Positions 24,695 through 38,112 of a DNA stretch of 64,000 nucleotides are shown here, piece by piece. The notes below the pieces were generated by a model. It was not told where the DNA came from and made no database searches. It saw only the letters and a program-made list of their open reading frames with translations. Both the position numbers and the translations under genes were made by a program. The stretch comes from Nemertoderma westbladi (Eukaryota > Animalia > Xenacoelomorpha), in the NCBI GenBank assembly GCA_032718475.1, contig JAUCBJ010008463.1:5522-69521 (forward strand), given 5' to 3'. Within the stretch, counting starts at the first letter, position 1. Each line of letters starts with the position of its first letter.

Positions 24695-25568
24695 ATGTCC
24701 TGGAATATAGTGTCGTTATTCAGGTACATGAGATTGCATTAAATTTGAAACAGAGATAGTTCCACATCCCTCCTCCTCCGTGGGTGAGCCAGAATTTTTA
24801 TTTTTGATTTCAATCTTTAGCTTCAAGCGTTTGAAAAAGTTGCCTCCGTCGATATTGCACAAGTTACAGTACATTGCAGTTAATATTCAATGCTATAGTG
24901 ATTTATAGGTACAGTTAGAAAGCTGGCCATGCAAGGATCCCAAATATGTTTTAAAACAGCTGAGATACTGTATTAGCGTTCGAAAGTTGCATGGTTTTGC
25001 GCATGCGTGAGGTTATTTTATTCTATTAAATAAAAACACAATATTCTAGAACATTTTGCTTATGTATGAATAACTACAGAATAGTATGATTATAGAGTTA
25101 ATGCATTGTTGCCCTGTTGCCCAGCTACGTATGAGATAAACAAAATTTTCCAGAAAACGGTGTATTTATTAAATAGAATAAAATAGCTGCGCGCAAATGC
25201 AAAACCTTGCAACTTTTGAACGCTCACATCTCAGCTATTCTACGACTAAATTCAGGTTGCGATACATACTGTATTTGGAATCCTTGCATGGCCAGCAACT
25301 AAACTCAATAGAACAGGTTACAGTAAAATTTTTGAGAGTTGTAGTCATCTGTTATTTGCGTTCAATTTCCCCTGGAGAGGGATGAATTTTTATTGCGTTC
25401 AGTTTCCTCCCCCCCCCCCTATCTCTGTCAGAGACACCTTTTTCAAACGCTTTTAGCTAAAGAATGAAAGCGAAAATAAAAATTCTGGCTCACCCAGGAA
25501 GGAGGAGGGAGGTGAAACTATCTCTGTTTCAAATTGCATGCAATCTCATTACGATTTGTAGAAAAAGT

Positions 25569-25599
<31 letters not shown>

Positions 25600-25620
25600 G
25601 GCAGGTATATTCCTGGACAT
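24695..25620. mobile_element. Palindromic MITE / fold-back element
   Basis: 24726-24840 is the reverse complement of 25438-25550; 24921-25060 mirrors 25140-25296. Confidence 0.85.
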
Positions 25621-26589
25621 GGTGTAACAGTGAGCTAAACTGCACGAGACACTTATACATGAAGGTTTTAAATTTCCCGCCAATGTTAAATGTTATGTAT
25701 GGTTGAATAATAATATTATGTGAGGGGGTAAATATTAAGTTGGTATTAGGTGGTAAGGTAAAGTAGGTGTGAAGTGGTTAGGTGAGGTGGTAAATAAAGT
25801 TGGTGTAATAGTAAACCGACAGATATGTTGTTAGTCCAGGAGTTTTTGTGTTGTCTTACATGGAAGTGTTTTTTTTTAAGTAAGCGATATTGTTGATGTT
25901 GATTTTGGGGTCTTGTACAAAAGTTCCTTAGTTTATATGCCAAATTGAGAAGACTATAAATTTGGGATTATCAGTGAATCACCACTTTGACTGTGGGGTG
26001 AGCCACGAAATTAGCGGAGCCTTAGTGTACTTATACTGTTAGGGGGGTGGGTCAATTAATGGCAAGTAGTTGTCTTTGTCATTGATGGTCGCCTCGGTTA
26101 CCATTTTGACATGCTAATAATAACTTTTTCCGGATTTAAAGCTGTCTTGTAGAAAAGATTTTAGGCATCAATATAAGACTAAAAGTTATTTTCAGACACT
26201 CAGTTCAATACAACATTCCCCCCCCCCCCCCCCCCCCCCCCTAGAGGCCAACATGTCTAAAAATTTCTTTTATTTTACTCCGTTCAAGCTGAAACTTGGC
26301 AGGTTTGTAGGCCTACTTGGACATTACAAACAGTATATGTGCCATTCAAAGGAGGCTCATCCGTCTGCAGTTCTTTACTCTACCGATAGAAGACGAAATG
26401 TCTCAAAGTGAAATCCTCGATAACTTTAATGGGACTGCAGTTCTCCAGTCTACCGCTAGAGGGCGAAATGTATGCAATGGTAACCTTCCCCATTTCCTTG
26501 ATCTTAATATGTTTACGCTGAATCTTGGAATATATGTACCAGATCACATGCTGTGTCTTTTTGGGGAAGGGTGATCGCCAGAGGGTGCT

Positions 26590-27357
26590 CTGAGTCTGTA
26601 CTCCCAGATATTCATATTAGCGATATCACCTTTGCAGAAGTGAAGGCTGCTGCAAAGAGCATTAAGAGCAATCGTGCCAGTGGAGTAGGTGGTGTTCCCC
26701 CTGAGGTCTTTAAAATACCTGAGTGTTTAAAGCTCATCTATTCCATCATAGTAGACATGTACCGAACAACAAGAGTCCCACAAGAAATGAAAACAAATAA
26801 GTTGGTGCCAGTTCCCAAGAATGGCAACCTGACACTCTATGGTTCTTTTCGGGGAATCTCATTGATCTCGATTGCTGCAAAGCTATACAATAGAATTCTA
26901 TTAAATCGCATCAGGGATCCCATTGAGAGACTGCTCCGTGGAAATCAGAATGGGTTCCGTAAAGGTCGTGGGACCATGGACGCCCATTTTGGCACTTAGA
27001 AGGATAATTGAAGAGTTATCAAAAAAGAAAGACAGGCATCTGGCTGTTATCTTTGTTGACTTCTTCAAGGCCTTTGATTCAGTCTCTCGCTCACGTATGT
27101 TCAGCATACTTTCATTATATGGGATTCCTGATGAAATTATTGCAGCAATCAGATCAGTATACGATGGTTCGACCTCATTTGTGTCTACTGTTGACAGTGA
27201 CACAGAACCATTTGAAGTGTTATGGGGCTTCCTCCAGGGAGACACACTTGCACCATTCTTGTTCATAATTGTTGTTGACTATGTTCTACGCATGTCCTTA
27301 GATCATCATAATGATGATGGGGTGATGATAACTCCACCTACTGGCTCCAGAAGTCGC
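26590..27357 (+). mobile_element. RTE-like LINE RT N-terminal half (family A), cut at the satellite boundary
   Basis: FRGISLISIAAKLYNRIL, QNGFRKGRGT, VDFFKAFDSV, QGDTLAPFLF motifs; one frameshift. Confidence 0.9.
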
Positions 27358-27361
27358 TGAA

Positions 27362-30300
27362 GTTAGTGGACGCTAGGTGGACTCAAACAAATACGGTTAG
27401 TGGACGCAGACAAATACGGTTAGTGGACGCTAGGTGGACTCAAACAAATACAGTTAGTGGACGTAGGTGGACTCAAACAAATACGGTTAGTGGACGCTAG
27501 GTGGACTCAAACAAATACGGTTAGTGGACGCTAGGCGGACTCAAACAAATACGGTTAGTGGACGCTAGGCGGACTCAAACAAATACGGTTAGTGGACGCT
27601 AGGTGGACTCAAACAAATACGGTTAGTGGACGCTAGGTGGACTCAAACAAATACGGTTAGTGGACGCTAGGTGGACTCAAACAAATACGGTTAGTGGACG
27701 CTAGGCGGACTCAAACAAATACGGTTAGTGGACGCTAGGTGGACTCAAACAAATACGGTTAGTGGACGCTAGGCGGACTCAAACAAATACGGTTAGTGGA
27801 CGCTAGGTGGACTCAAACAAATACGGTTAGTGGACGCTAGGCGGACTCAAACAAATACGGTTAGTGGACGCTAGGTGGACTCAAACAAATACGGTTAGTG
27901 GACGCTAGGCGGACTCAAACAAATACGGTTAGTGGACGCTAGGTGGACTCAAACAAATACGGTTAGTGGACGCTAGGTGGACTCAAACAAATACGGTTAG
28001 TGGACGCAGACAAATACAGTTAGTGGACGCTAGGTGGACTCAAACAAATACGGTTAGTGGACGCTAGGCAGACTCAAACAAATACGGTTAGTGGACGCTA
28101 GGTGGACTCAAACAAATACGGTTAGTGGACGCTAGGCGGACTCAAACAAATACGGTTAGTGGACGCTAGGTGGACTCAAACAAATACGGTTAGTGGACGC
28201 TAGGCGGACTCAAACAAATACGGTTAGTGGACGCTAGGTGGACTCAAACAAATACGGTTAGTGGACGCTAGGTGGACTCAAACAAATACGGTTAGTGGAG
28301 GCAGACAAATACAGTTAGTGGACGCTAGGTGGACTCAAACAAATACGGTTAGTGGACGCTAGGCAGACTCAAACAAATACGGTTAGTGGACGCTAGGCGG
28401 ACTTAAACAAATACGGTTAGTGGACGCTAGGTGGACTCAAACAAATACGGTTAGTGGACGCTAGGCAGACTCAAACAAATACGGTTAGTGGACGCAGACA
28501 AATACAGTTAGTGGACGCTAGGTGGACTCAAACAAATACGGTTAGTGGACGCTAGGCGGACTCAAACAAATACGGTTAGTGGACGCTAGGCGGACTCAAA
28601 CAAATACGGTTAGTGGACGCTATGTGGACTCAAACAAATACGGTTAGTGGACGCTAGGTGGACTCAAACAAATACGGTTAGTGGACGCTAGGTGGACTCA
28701 AACAAATACGGTTTAGTGGAAGCTAGGCGGACTCAAACAAATACGGTTAGTGGACGCTAGGCGGACTTAAACAAATACGGTTAGTGGACGCTAGGTGGAC
28801 TCAAACAAATACGGTTAGTGGACGCAGACAAATACGGTTAGTGGACGCTAGGTGGACTCAAACAAATACGGTTAGTGGACGCTAGGTGGACTCAAACAAA
28901 TACGGTTAGTGGACGCTAGGCGGACTTAAACAAATACGGTTAGTGGACGCTAGGTGGACTCAAACAAATACGGTTAGTGGACGCAGACAAATACGGTTAG
29001 TGGACGCTAGGCGGACTTAAACAAATACGGTTAGTGGACGCTAGGCAGACTCAAACAAATACGGTTAGTGGACGCTAGGCGGACTGAAACAAATACGGTT
29101 AGTGGACGCTAGGTGGACTCAAACAAATACGGTTAGTGGACGCTAGGCAGACTCAAACAAATACGGTTAGTGGACGCTAGGTGGACTCAAACAAATACGG
29201 TTAGTGGACGCTAGGCAGACTCAAACAAATACGGTTAGTGGACGCTAGGCGGACTCAAATAAATACGGTTAGTGGACCCTAGGTGGACTCAAACAAATAC
29301 GGTTAGTGGACGCAGACAAATACGGTTAGTGGACGCTAGGCGGACTCAAACAAATACGGTTAGTGGACGCTAGGTGGACTCAAACAAATACGGTTAGTGG
29401 ACGCTAGGCAGACTCAAACAAATACGGTTAATGGACGCTAGGCGGACTCAAACAAATACGGTTAGTGGACGCTAGGTGGACTCAAACAAATACGGTTAGT
29501 GGACGCTAGGTCGACTCAAACAAATACGGTTAGTGGACGCAGACAAATACGGTTAGTGGACGCTAGGCGGACTCAAACAAATACGGTTAGTGGACGCTAG
29601 GCGGACTCAAATAAATACGGTTAGTGGACGCAGACAAATACGGTTAGTGGACGCTAGGCGGACTCAAACAAATACGGTTAGTGGACGCTAGGTGGACTCA
29701 AACAAATACGGTTAGTGGACGCTAGGCAGACTCAAACAAATACGGTTAATGGACCCTAGGCGGACTCAAACAAATACGGTTAGTGGACGCTAGGTGGACT
29801 CAAACAAATACGGTTAGTGGACGCTAGGTGGACTCAAACAAATACGGTTAGTGGACGCTAGGCGGACTCAAACAAATACGGTTAGTGGACGCTAGGCGGA
29901 CTCAAATAAATACGGTTAGTGGACGATAGGTGAACTCAAACAAATACGGTTAGTGGACGCTAGGTGAACTCAAACAAATACGGTTAGTGGACGCTAGGTG
30001 GACTCAAACAAATACGGTTAGTGGACGCTAGGCGGACTCAAACAAATACGGTTAGTGGACGCAAGGCGGACTCAAATAAATACGGTTAGTGGACGATAGG
30101 TGGACTCAAACAAATACGGTTAGTGGACGCTAGGCGGACTCAACAAATACGGTTAGTGGACGCTTGGCGGACTCAAACAAATACGGTTAGTGGACGCTAG
30201 GCGGACTCAAATAAATACGGTTAGTGGACGATAGGTGGACTCAAACAAATACGGTTAGTGGACACAGACAAATACAGTTAGTGGACGCTAGGTGGACTCA

Positions 30301-30979
30301 AACAAATACGGCTAGTGGACGCAGACAAATATAGTTAGTGGACGCTAGGTGGACTCAAACAAATACGATTAGTGGACGCTAGGCAGACTCAAACAAATAC
30401 GGTTAGTGGACGCTAGGCGGACTCAAACAAATACGGTTAGTGGACGCTAGGCGGACTCAAACAAATACGGTTAGTGGACGCTAGGTGGACTCAAATAAAT
30501 ACGGTTAGTGGACGCTAGGCGGACTCAAACAAATACGGTTAGTGGACGCTAGGCGGACTCAAACAAATACGGTTCGTGGACGCTAGGTGGACTCAAACAA
30601 ATACGGTTAGTGGACGCTAGGCGGACTCAAATAAATACAGTTAGTGGACGCTAGGTGGACTCAAACAAATACGGTTAGTGGAAGCAGACAAATACAGTTA
30701 GTGGACGCTAGGTGGACTCAAACAAATACGGTTAGTGGACGCTAGGCGGACTCAAACAAATACGGTTAGTGGACGCTAGGCGGACTCAAACAAATACGGT
30801 TAGTGGACGCTAGGTGGACGCAGACAAATACAGTTAGTGGACGCTGGTGGACTCAAACAAATACGGTTAGTGGACGCAGACAAATACAGTTAGTGGACGC
30901 TAGGTGGACGCAGACAAATACGGTTAGTGGACGCTAGGTGGACTCAAACAAATACGGTTAGTGGACGCTAGGTGGACTC
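27362..30979. repeat. Tandem satellite, 34-bp unit GTTAGTGGACGCTAGG(T/C)GGACTCAAACAAATACG with interspersed 23-bp short variants, roughly 110 copies
   Basis: Period 34 (27481 to 27515); internal GTGGAC sub-repeat. Confidence 0.98.
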
Positions 30980-31357
30980 CTAATAATACCGCATTCCACG
31001 CCGCTCGAAAGTAAAATACATTACTTTAAGTAAATTGAATACAGTATCTCAATTAATTTCAAAGTTTATATTGTCTGAATGAGTACCAGTTAAATAACTG
31101 GGAGCAATTCTTGGGATAAGAGTAGCGCCCATCCCTACCATCGGGTAGCAGCTATCGAAGGAGGAGCTTTCGAGTCGCCTCCGGCTTCGGCCGACTGCTT
31201 GCTTGCTTGATACTGCCTGAAACACAAATAGTAGCCAAAATGTTACCAAAATGTATCAAATTGGATAATTCTGCTTCTACTCGACGACTTGCAATAAAGT
31301 TTATTTTGATTCTTAAATTTTAAGTATTTTTGTCAAAAATAACTTTATTTTTTACAT

Positions 31358-31589
31358 AAAGTCATGGGCTGTCCACCATGTTTATTCACTCCATGAGGCT
31401 GCCAAAGTACAAGATTATGCACTGGCTGGTCCTCACGGCGAAAGCAATGTCCTGCAAAGCGGAGGCGATTTTGGTTCTAGTGTCAAGCTTGGGGGAACCA
31501 ATGAGACACCTCCAATGTTATATAGTGTCTGGTTGGAGATGTGTGCATTGTACTTGACACAATGAACCCGGCGTAGCATTCTTGTGAAT
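31358..31589 (-). mobile_element. RTE-like LINE C-terminal fragment (family A)
   Basis: Reverse complement of 22916-23146. Confidence 0.85.
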
Positions 31590-32888
31590 AAAAAGTTAGG
31601 GTGTTTACTGAGGCTAGTCTAGTGACTTGCCTCAGGTTCAGACTTGCCTCACGTAATATATAATAATAGGTATAATACAGTATATAAATATCATATCACA
31701 GATATTGAGTCATTATGTACATTATACATAAGTAACTAATACATAGAGTCACCCCTGTACTGAGTATACAGTACATAGAGAGTCAGTACTAGTGCCTCAA
31801 TATAATTATAATTAGGTACATCCAACTCCCCCCTGTGTGGAAATAATTCCACACAACATTAAATAACATATAGTTAGTTACTACATAAATTAACATGTGT
31901 GTTCTAGAAATATTATTCTTAATTAATGTTTATTGATATAATTTAATTGATGAAATAAAATAATTTTATTTTATTTTATTGATAATCATAAAAGGCGCTC
32001 AAAACACTAGGCCTTGCAACCACAATTTGCTAGCTAATTATTTTCCACCTTGTTTACGGTAATAATACACCAACAAGATTAGAGCTAGAAGATAATGGTG
32101 AATACAGAGACAACATTACCGAGGTTATTCACCTACATATTCCTACCAACCATCATTTTCACTTCGATTATATGGAGGTAAGTTTAATGATGTAATTAAT
32201 TCTGTTAAATCCGTCAGGGAGGCCAATGATTAGTGTGCATTTTTGTGTCTCGTTTCGGTACTACTTCGCCCTGTCGACACACCCTGTCATTTTTTTGCCT
32301 GTCACTTTTTAGTGTTCTTTACTGCTTTTTTGATATTGGTAAATATTCTAGAACATTAGTAGATATATTTTTTTATGGTAGCTAGTGTTTTTTTTTTAAT
32401 TTAAAAAATACGGTATTTTTTTATTTTTGTTATTGGTAAATGTTCAAGAACAATATTAGATATATATTATTTATTAAGGTAGTTAAGTAATCAAGTGTTT
32501 TTTTACTACCTACAATTTTATGAAATTATAAAAAAAATTGTGAAAACATTGATATTTCAGAATTATTTCAGTATTAATGACCAAAAATATTGATGCTATT
32601 ATAACAGTGTGAGCTTATATTAACAAACGTTTGATATTTTTTAACATCGTGTAGGCCTACAGTTTTCTGATCTAAATTCCACAAAGTGTCCCTGAATGAT
32701 ATCCAGCCAGAGTCGAAAGGGCCACGTAGGCCTAGTACCCTCGTTTCACCATAATAACAGGAGGTAATTTCCAAATTATACCCAAAATATCAGTTTCTAT
32801 TGAGTTTTACATACATGCATCGGCCGCACCAGGTAAGATCCATCGCCGTCGTCTGCCGTATCTGCAACCCAATAAATCCGCAGGTTGC

Positions 32889-33280
32889 TGTTTAAACGGG
32901 ATCCCGGCGAAAAAATAATCAATCCCGGTTCCGATCCCGACTTTTTTTGTCCGGAATCCCGAAGTAAATATAGTTAAAGAAATTCGTCGAATTCTAATAA
33001 ATAGTTCCAGCGGAACGGTAATGTTTGGATTATATCTAATTTTTATGTCAGTAAACCATCCAGCAATCAATTGCAAAATAATTTTAATATAACTTTATCT
33101 TACATATGTTTCAGAAGTGTAAAATAAAGTGAGTGTTACCCAAAACCCGCAACATATACTAATAACAGCCGAATTTAATTAAAAATTACAATTCCTGTCC
33201 AAAAGCGGGATCCCGAGAGTTATAATCCTGGTCCCGATCTCGATCCCGGAAATCCCGAAAAGTCTGATCCCGTTTAAACA
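32889..33280. mobile_element. MITE (hAT-like) with ATCCCG subterminal repeats
   Basis: TIR TGTTTAAACGGGATC / GATCCCGTTTAAACA; several ATCCCG motifs near both ends. Confidence 0.65.
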
Positions 33281-33339
33281 ATAGTTTGCTGTCAATCATG
33301 TACAGTAACTTCCGAATTGTCATTTGTTGGTTTCACCTG

Positions 33340-34713
33340 TATGTCCTGTGAGCGGATTCAATTCCGCCTCACCGGACCCCCATAAAGTGGGGGGGAGCAG
33401 GACAGAGGGTGTGAAGTAGGTTACTAGCCAATGGGGGGAAGGCATCGGCTGAGTAGGATAATGCGGCCAACCGTGCAGTATAATATTACCGGTAACTGTG
33501 TTACTTGCTCAGTTTACTCAGTCAGTTCAGTTAGGGTGGAACGGTGACTTCTATCACCGTCCGCTACCGCCACTATATGTAATACCTATTTACCGGTACA
33601 TCTTTGCTGACTTTAACCCTGGTTAATTGTGCTTATATCATATTACCATATACCTTCATATCAATCAAGAACTTTGGAACCCTTAAAGAACCTTTTCACA
33701 CACACGGCGGGGACGCGTAGATAGGAAAACCCACACGGATAAATCGGGGTCCACGGATCCCATCACAGTGATAGAACTCCGAAACCCAAGCTGTGACTGC
33801 CAGCCACCAAGTGATAAAGTAAAGGCGATGAGTCGAGAAGAAAAGACGACACCGCCGCGGACCCCGGACGGCGATCTAACGATCCGCGAGGCCATGGCGA
33901 GACGGTATCGACCCACGACGCCGGATCCGTCGACGAACGATCCGGCAATCCAAATGGAGGGGGGCCGTCTACAACAGCGAGAGGACGAGTCGGGAGGAGA
34001 GAGAGACGAGTCGACACACAGCGGCGGTCGCCGTACCGATGTCGCCGGCCAGCCACAGGCCGAGGGCGATGGACGGCCCACCGGAACGGCAACGGTGGAG
34101 CCGCCGGTACGACGCCGGACCCGGAGGGAGAGAGGAGATGACGGCGACGAGGACGTCGGGGCCGTCCGGCTCCGACGAGCCTACGCCGCGACCCGGGAAC
34201 AACTGAAAGAAGCTAGAGGAGGGGCCGAGATAGACCAGGTGAAGTTGAAAAGGCGACTAGGTGAGTCGAACAGATACTTTGATTACCTAGTGCATTCTGG
34301 GCAGGGAGAACTAGCCAGGGAGAGAGTGAGAGGGGTTGCCTTTGAACTGTTTGGGCTATGGGAACGTAGGGGTATGGGGCCTGGTGCAGTGTACATACTT
34401 AGTTGATGCCCGGGAAGCAAAATTAGTGGGTTGGAAGAGACCTGAGGAGGGCGAATCCGAGGTTAAACCCGAGGATTCAGTCTCGTCAGTCGGAGGAAGT
34501 TCCGGGAGGCGGGGGAAAGTTAGTAGGACGGAGGGGCGGCGGGAATCCGTCACAACCGATAAGTCTGCTACATCCTCCGCAAAAGAAAGACGGATGCGGA
34601 AGATAAATCTGGCACATAAATTAGGAATGGAAGAATTAGAGTGGATAATGAGGGGAGGGAAGGAGCAAGAGAGTGAACGCAAAGAGCGTGAGGCAAGAGA
34701 ACAGAGCGTGCGG
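33340..34713 (+). mobile_element. 5' fragment of a second (BEL/Pao-like) LTR element: LTR-like region plus frameshifted gag N-terminus
   Basis: ORFs 33828-34406 and about 34390-34713 with PEDSVS..SS and a charged coiled coil typical of BEL gag; truncated at the next LTR. Confidence 0.55.
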
Positions 34714-35899
34714 TGTAAAAGCTTTTGCGTCATTAACCGGTTATTTTCCCTTAAAGTACTCTGTAGTTGGTTTGCCAGGCATAAAAAGGCCGTGTCCTTG
34801 CTGTACTGGTGTTTTAGAGGACATAAAAGTCATTTCTTATGTATTTGTACTGTATTTGTACTTTAGAGGACATAATCCACAATCTCGTGACGCGATAAGC
34901 TAGATACTCTTGAAAACAGTGTCGCTACCATGACGATGGCTAACAGCTGATATTGCCACGTCGACGTTTCTTTGTTTCTTTGTTCTCTCGTTGTTCGGTT
35001 GACCAATCAGAGCGTTTGTTGTCTCTGTGTTGGAGGTGTATACAGAGGCTCAGTAGTTCAGTGTTATGTTTTTGCCCAGAGCCTAAGAACCGGCTTTTGG
35101 CACCTCCGTGTTTTCAGTTTTTAGTCTTACACTAGTAGGCTTAATTATAAGGACATATATCCGTTATCTAAACTAAACATAACATAACATACCATACCTA
35201 ATCAAACAACCTGTGCATACTTTTATATTATTATACTGCTATTTACTGTCAGTTCTTCATAATATGGTTGATGAATTATTATATTTGGAATAACGATAAA
35301 TAACCCCGAAAACCCAATATACTTGATATACCGAAGGTAAGAGAGAAAGGTTACATATAACGATTGTGACTTATGTTAAAGTGGTTTGAAGTGAATCTAA
35401 TGTTATTTGATAGACCCTACATGATTCGGTCCGTGTTCCTTTTATATGTGACTAAAATCAGTGAAGATCGGCAGATTAGTGTGCAGTATTGTGCAGCATT
35501 GTGTATGAGTGAGACTGATAACGAAGCATTTCCTAAAGAATGCGCCATATATGTGAATTATAACTAAGCCATATCGTTGTGAGTAGTTTAAGTCATAACT
35601 CTGTTTATATAGATAGAGCGCCACGTCCTAAAGGAACTGTTAATATTCCCCGAAGGTGAATAATATTGTCAGAGATTATATAATACTGTCAGTCGAATAA
35701 TACATTAGGCTTACATAGCAATACGATTAAGCCGTCGAACCCAATCTCCCGGGTATATCCAGCGGGTGAATGATCGCGCACCGATTGGTTTCGACTAGTG
35801 TAGTGAATCAAATACTTGTCAGAGGCTAAAAGTGATTTATTATCTAGAAGACATCCTAATTTGGCGGGTTAAACTGCCAAAGGTCTGAAAGCGCGAACA
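34714..35899 (+). repeat. 5' LTR of BEL/Pao element
   Basis: About 99% identical by eye to 49346-50526 (about 10 substitutions, one small indel). Confidence 0.93.
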
Positions 35900-38112
35900 A
35901 TAACGGATATTGCTTCTGGATTGCGGTGTAAGCAATCAAGTCTAAAGTACCGGTACCGGTTGAACGGTAACCTGTACTGCTGTAGGCCTGTAGGCCCAAC
36001 TGCCCGAACCGGTACTTACGGTACAGGTACATCAGTATTATTCGATTTTGATAATTATATACCGTAGGCCTTAATAATTAATCAGGGACGGCCGCCCTGG
36101 TTTTTTATTGAGATTTTACTTGTTTCTGTCAAGTTTTATTTATTTGTAGGCCAGTATTGAGCAGAAGGCGTGTAAGCCTGCTCAGATTGTACAGATAATT
36201 TGTAGGCTTGACTGTTGGCTAACTGTTGATTAGGTCTGAACGGATTGCAGTGCATGTAGAGTGTATGTCCGATAAAGAACGGTTAGGAAGTAGGGGCAGC
36301 CATAGCTGTAAGGTAAACCCCCATCTAAAGAATAAGTCGTACTACTGGGTTAGAACGCATACTACTTAATCATTTCGGAGTCTGCATGTCCTGTGGTTTA
36401 TTTAGGCTTGATAGTAGTCTGCCATCGTTTGGTCTGTACTTTGTTTGTGTAGTCTGTACAGGTAGCGTATAATTTTATTTAGATAATTTGTAGGCTGGAT
36501 AGTTGTCTGGCTGCTGTTGGGTTTGAGGAAATTTCGGTGTGTGTAGAGCATCTGTCCGATAAAGTGCTAAGTTAGGAAAGTAGGGGCTTCAAGTGCTGTG
36601 AGGTAAACCCCCTGTGAAAGAATAAGTCGTACTACTGGGTTAGAACGCATACTAACTAATCATTTTGGAGTCTGCATATACCGTAGTTTGTTTAGGCTTG
36701 ATAGTAGTCTGTCAGTATTTGGTCTGCATTTTGTTTGAGTAGTTTGTACGCGTAGCGTAATATTTATTATTCAGAGTTTATGCGATTATTCGCAACATTC
36801 ATTCCCCAAGTTTGTTCCTACAGTAATTGTGTTTGTTATACATACCGTTATAGTTAAATTAACCCCGGTACTACATGGGCTGCTTGGCGTAGGTAAAGAC
36901 TGGTGATTTTGTGCACCGGTCACTCCAGCAGATGCCGTGGTTCTTTTAGCTGTTCAAGTATATTTAACTACTGATTATATGTTGTACAAGTACTCGTACC
37001 TAATTTAGGGTTTAGTGTACAGTGCTTTCCGAGAGTAATTAGTATAGGCATTATATTTGTGTTGTAAAGTGGTTGATAGGCACGTTCGATTAGCTCTATT
37101 AACTTCTAGGTAGGAACACTCCGTGATACATAACGTAGAACCTATAGCGATACGGCTATAGGTCGTCAGGCGGTGGTATTTTCCTATCTGGACAACGCAG
37201 TGTATTTACTACTACGTATTATTTTCAAATACCGCAGTACCCTGTCCGTTGTAATAACCAGATTCTAACCCTTTGTTAGGCTGGTTTGTAGACTTCTTGT
37301 AAAATTACCCTGAAAATTCGTATTTTGTGTTTTGTAAATTTTTGTGTTTATTTAGAGATTGTAATCTCACCCGAATTGTACGTAATTTGTAGTATTAAGT
37401 AACTTAGGTAAATTAGCATTATTTGTTTTAGTGTCCTATAAGTAACACTTCACTGAAAGCGCACCGCTTTGTGTAGTGATTACTTCCCAGAAATAATAAC
37501 ATTTATTTCAAACATTGACAAAACCCATTAAAACGGGTATATATATATTATAAATCAAATCTAACGATTTATAAATAGTAGGCCTACCATACAACCATTA
37601 GGTCTCAATATCAGTTGGACTACTGCTCAAATAACGGTAATAAAGTAAGTAAAGTAACCAAGTAACCCTAAAATTCAGAAATTCAATTATTTAAAATAAT
37701 TGATATACCGGTATTTACGATAGGCCTATTATCTTTATTTCTATAAATTTAGGCTGAAATTATACCGGTACTTTATAATTAATTCTAGTCCAGAATTATA
37801 CTTATATATACTACAAACTGTAAGCTGTATACCGGTATTCCCGATAGGCCTATTATATATTTATATATATTTGTGCTAAAATTATACCGGTATTCTGTGA
37901 TAAACCTAGTCTGTAATAATACTTATATAGTTATATATACTATAAGCATACCGGTATTCTAATATATTATATATAGCACGCTGCACTGAGTAGCAGTACC
38001 GGTAATTAATTACTAGGCTAGCAGTTAATACTGAGTTACTAGACTTGCTCAGACTGTAATACAGCAGTAGACATTCAACTGTACACAACTGTACTTCAGT
38101 TCACCTGCCACT

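Noticed and set aside
25746-26210. Possible LINE 3' remnant on the minus strand
   Set aside because: Only a faint LNPEK-like similarity; too degraded to support
615-30979. 31-34-bp repeat arrays as CRISPR arrays
   Set aside because: Units are head-to-tail with no unique spacers, no cas genes are present, and the context is eukaryotic
31590-31860. Possible 3' LTR plus PPT (minus strand AGGGGGGAG-TTG)
   Set aside because: No partner LTR or coding sequence in the window to confirm it
34953-35624. Short ORFs repeated at 49585-50251
   Set aside because: They are duplicated only because they lie in the two LTRs
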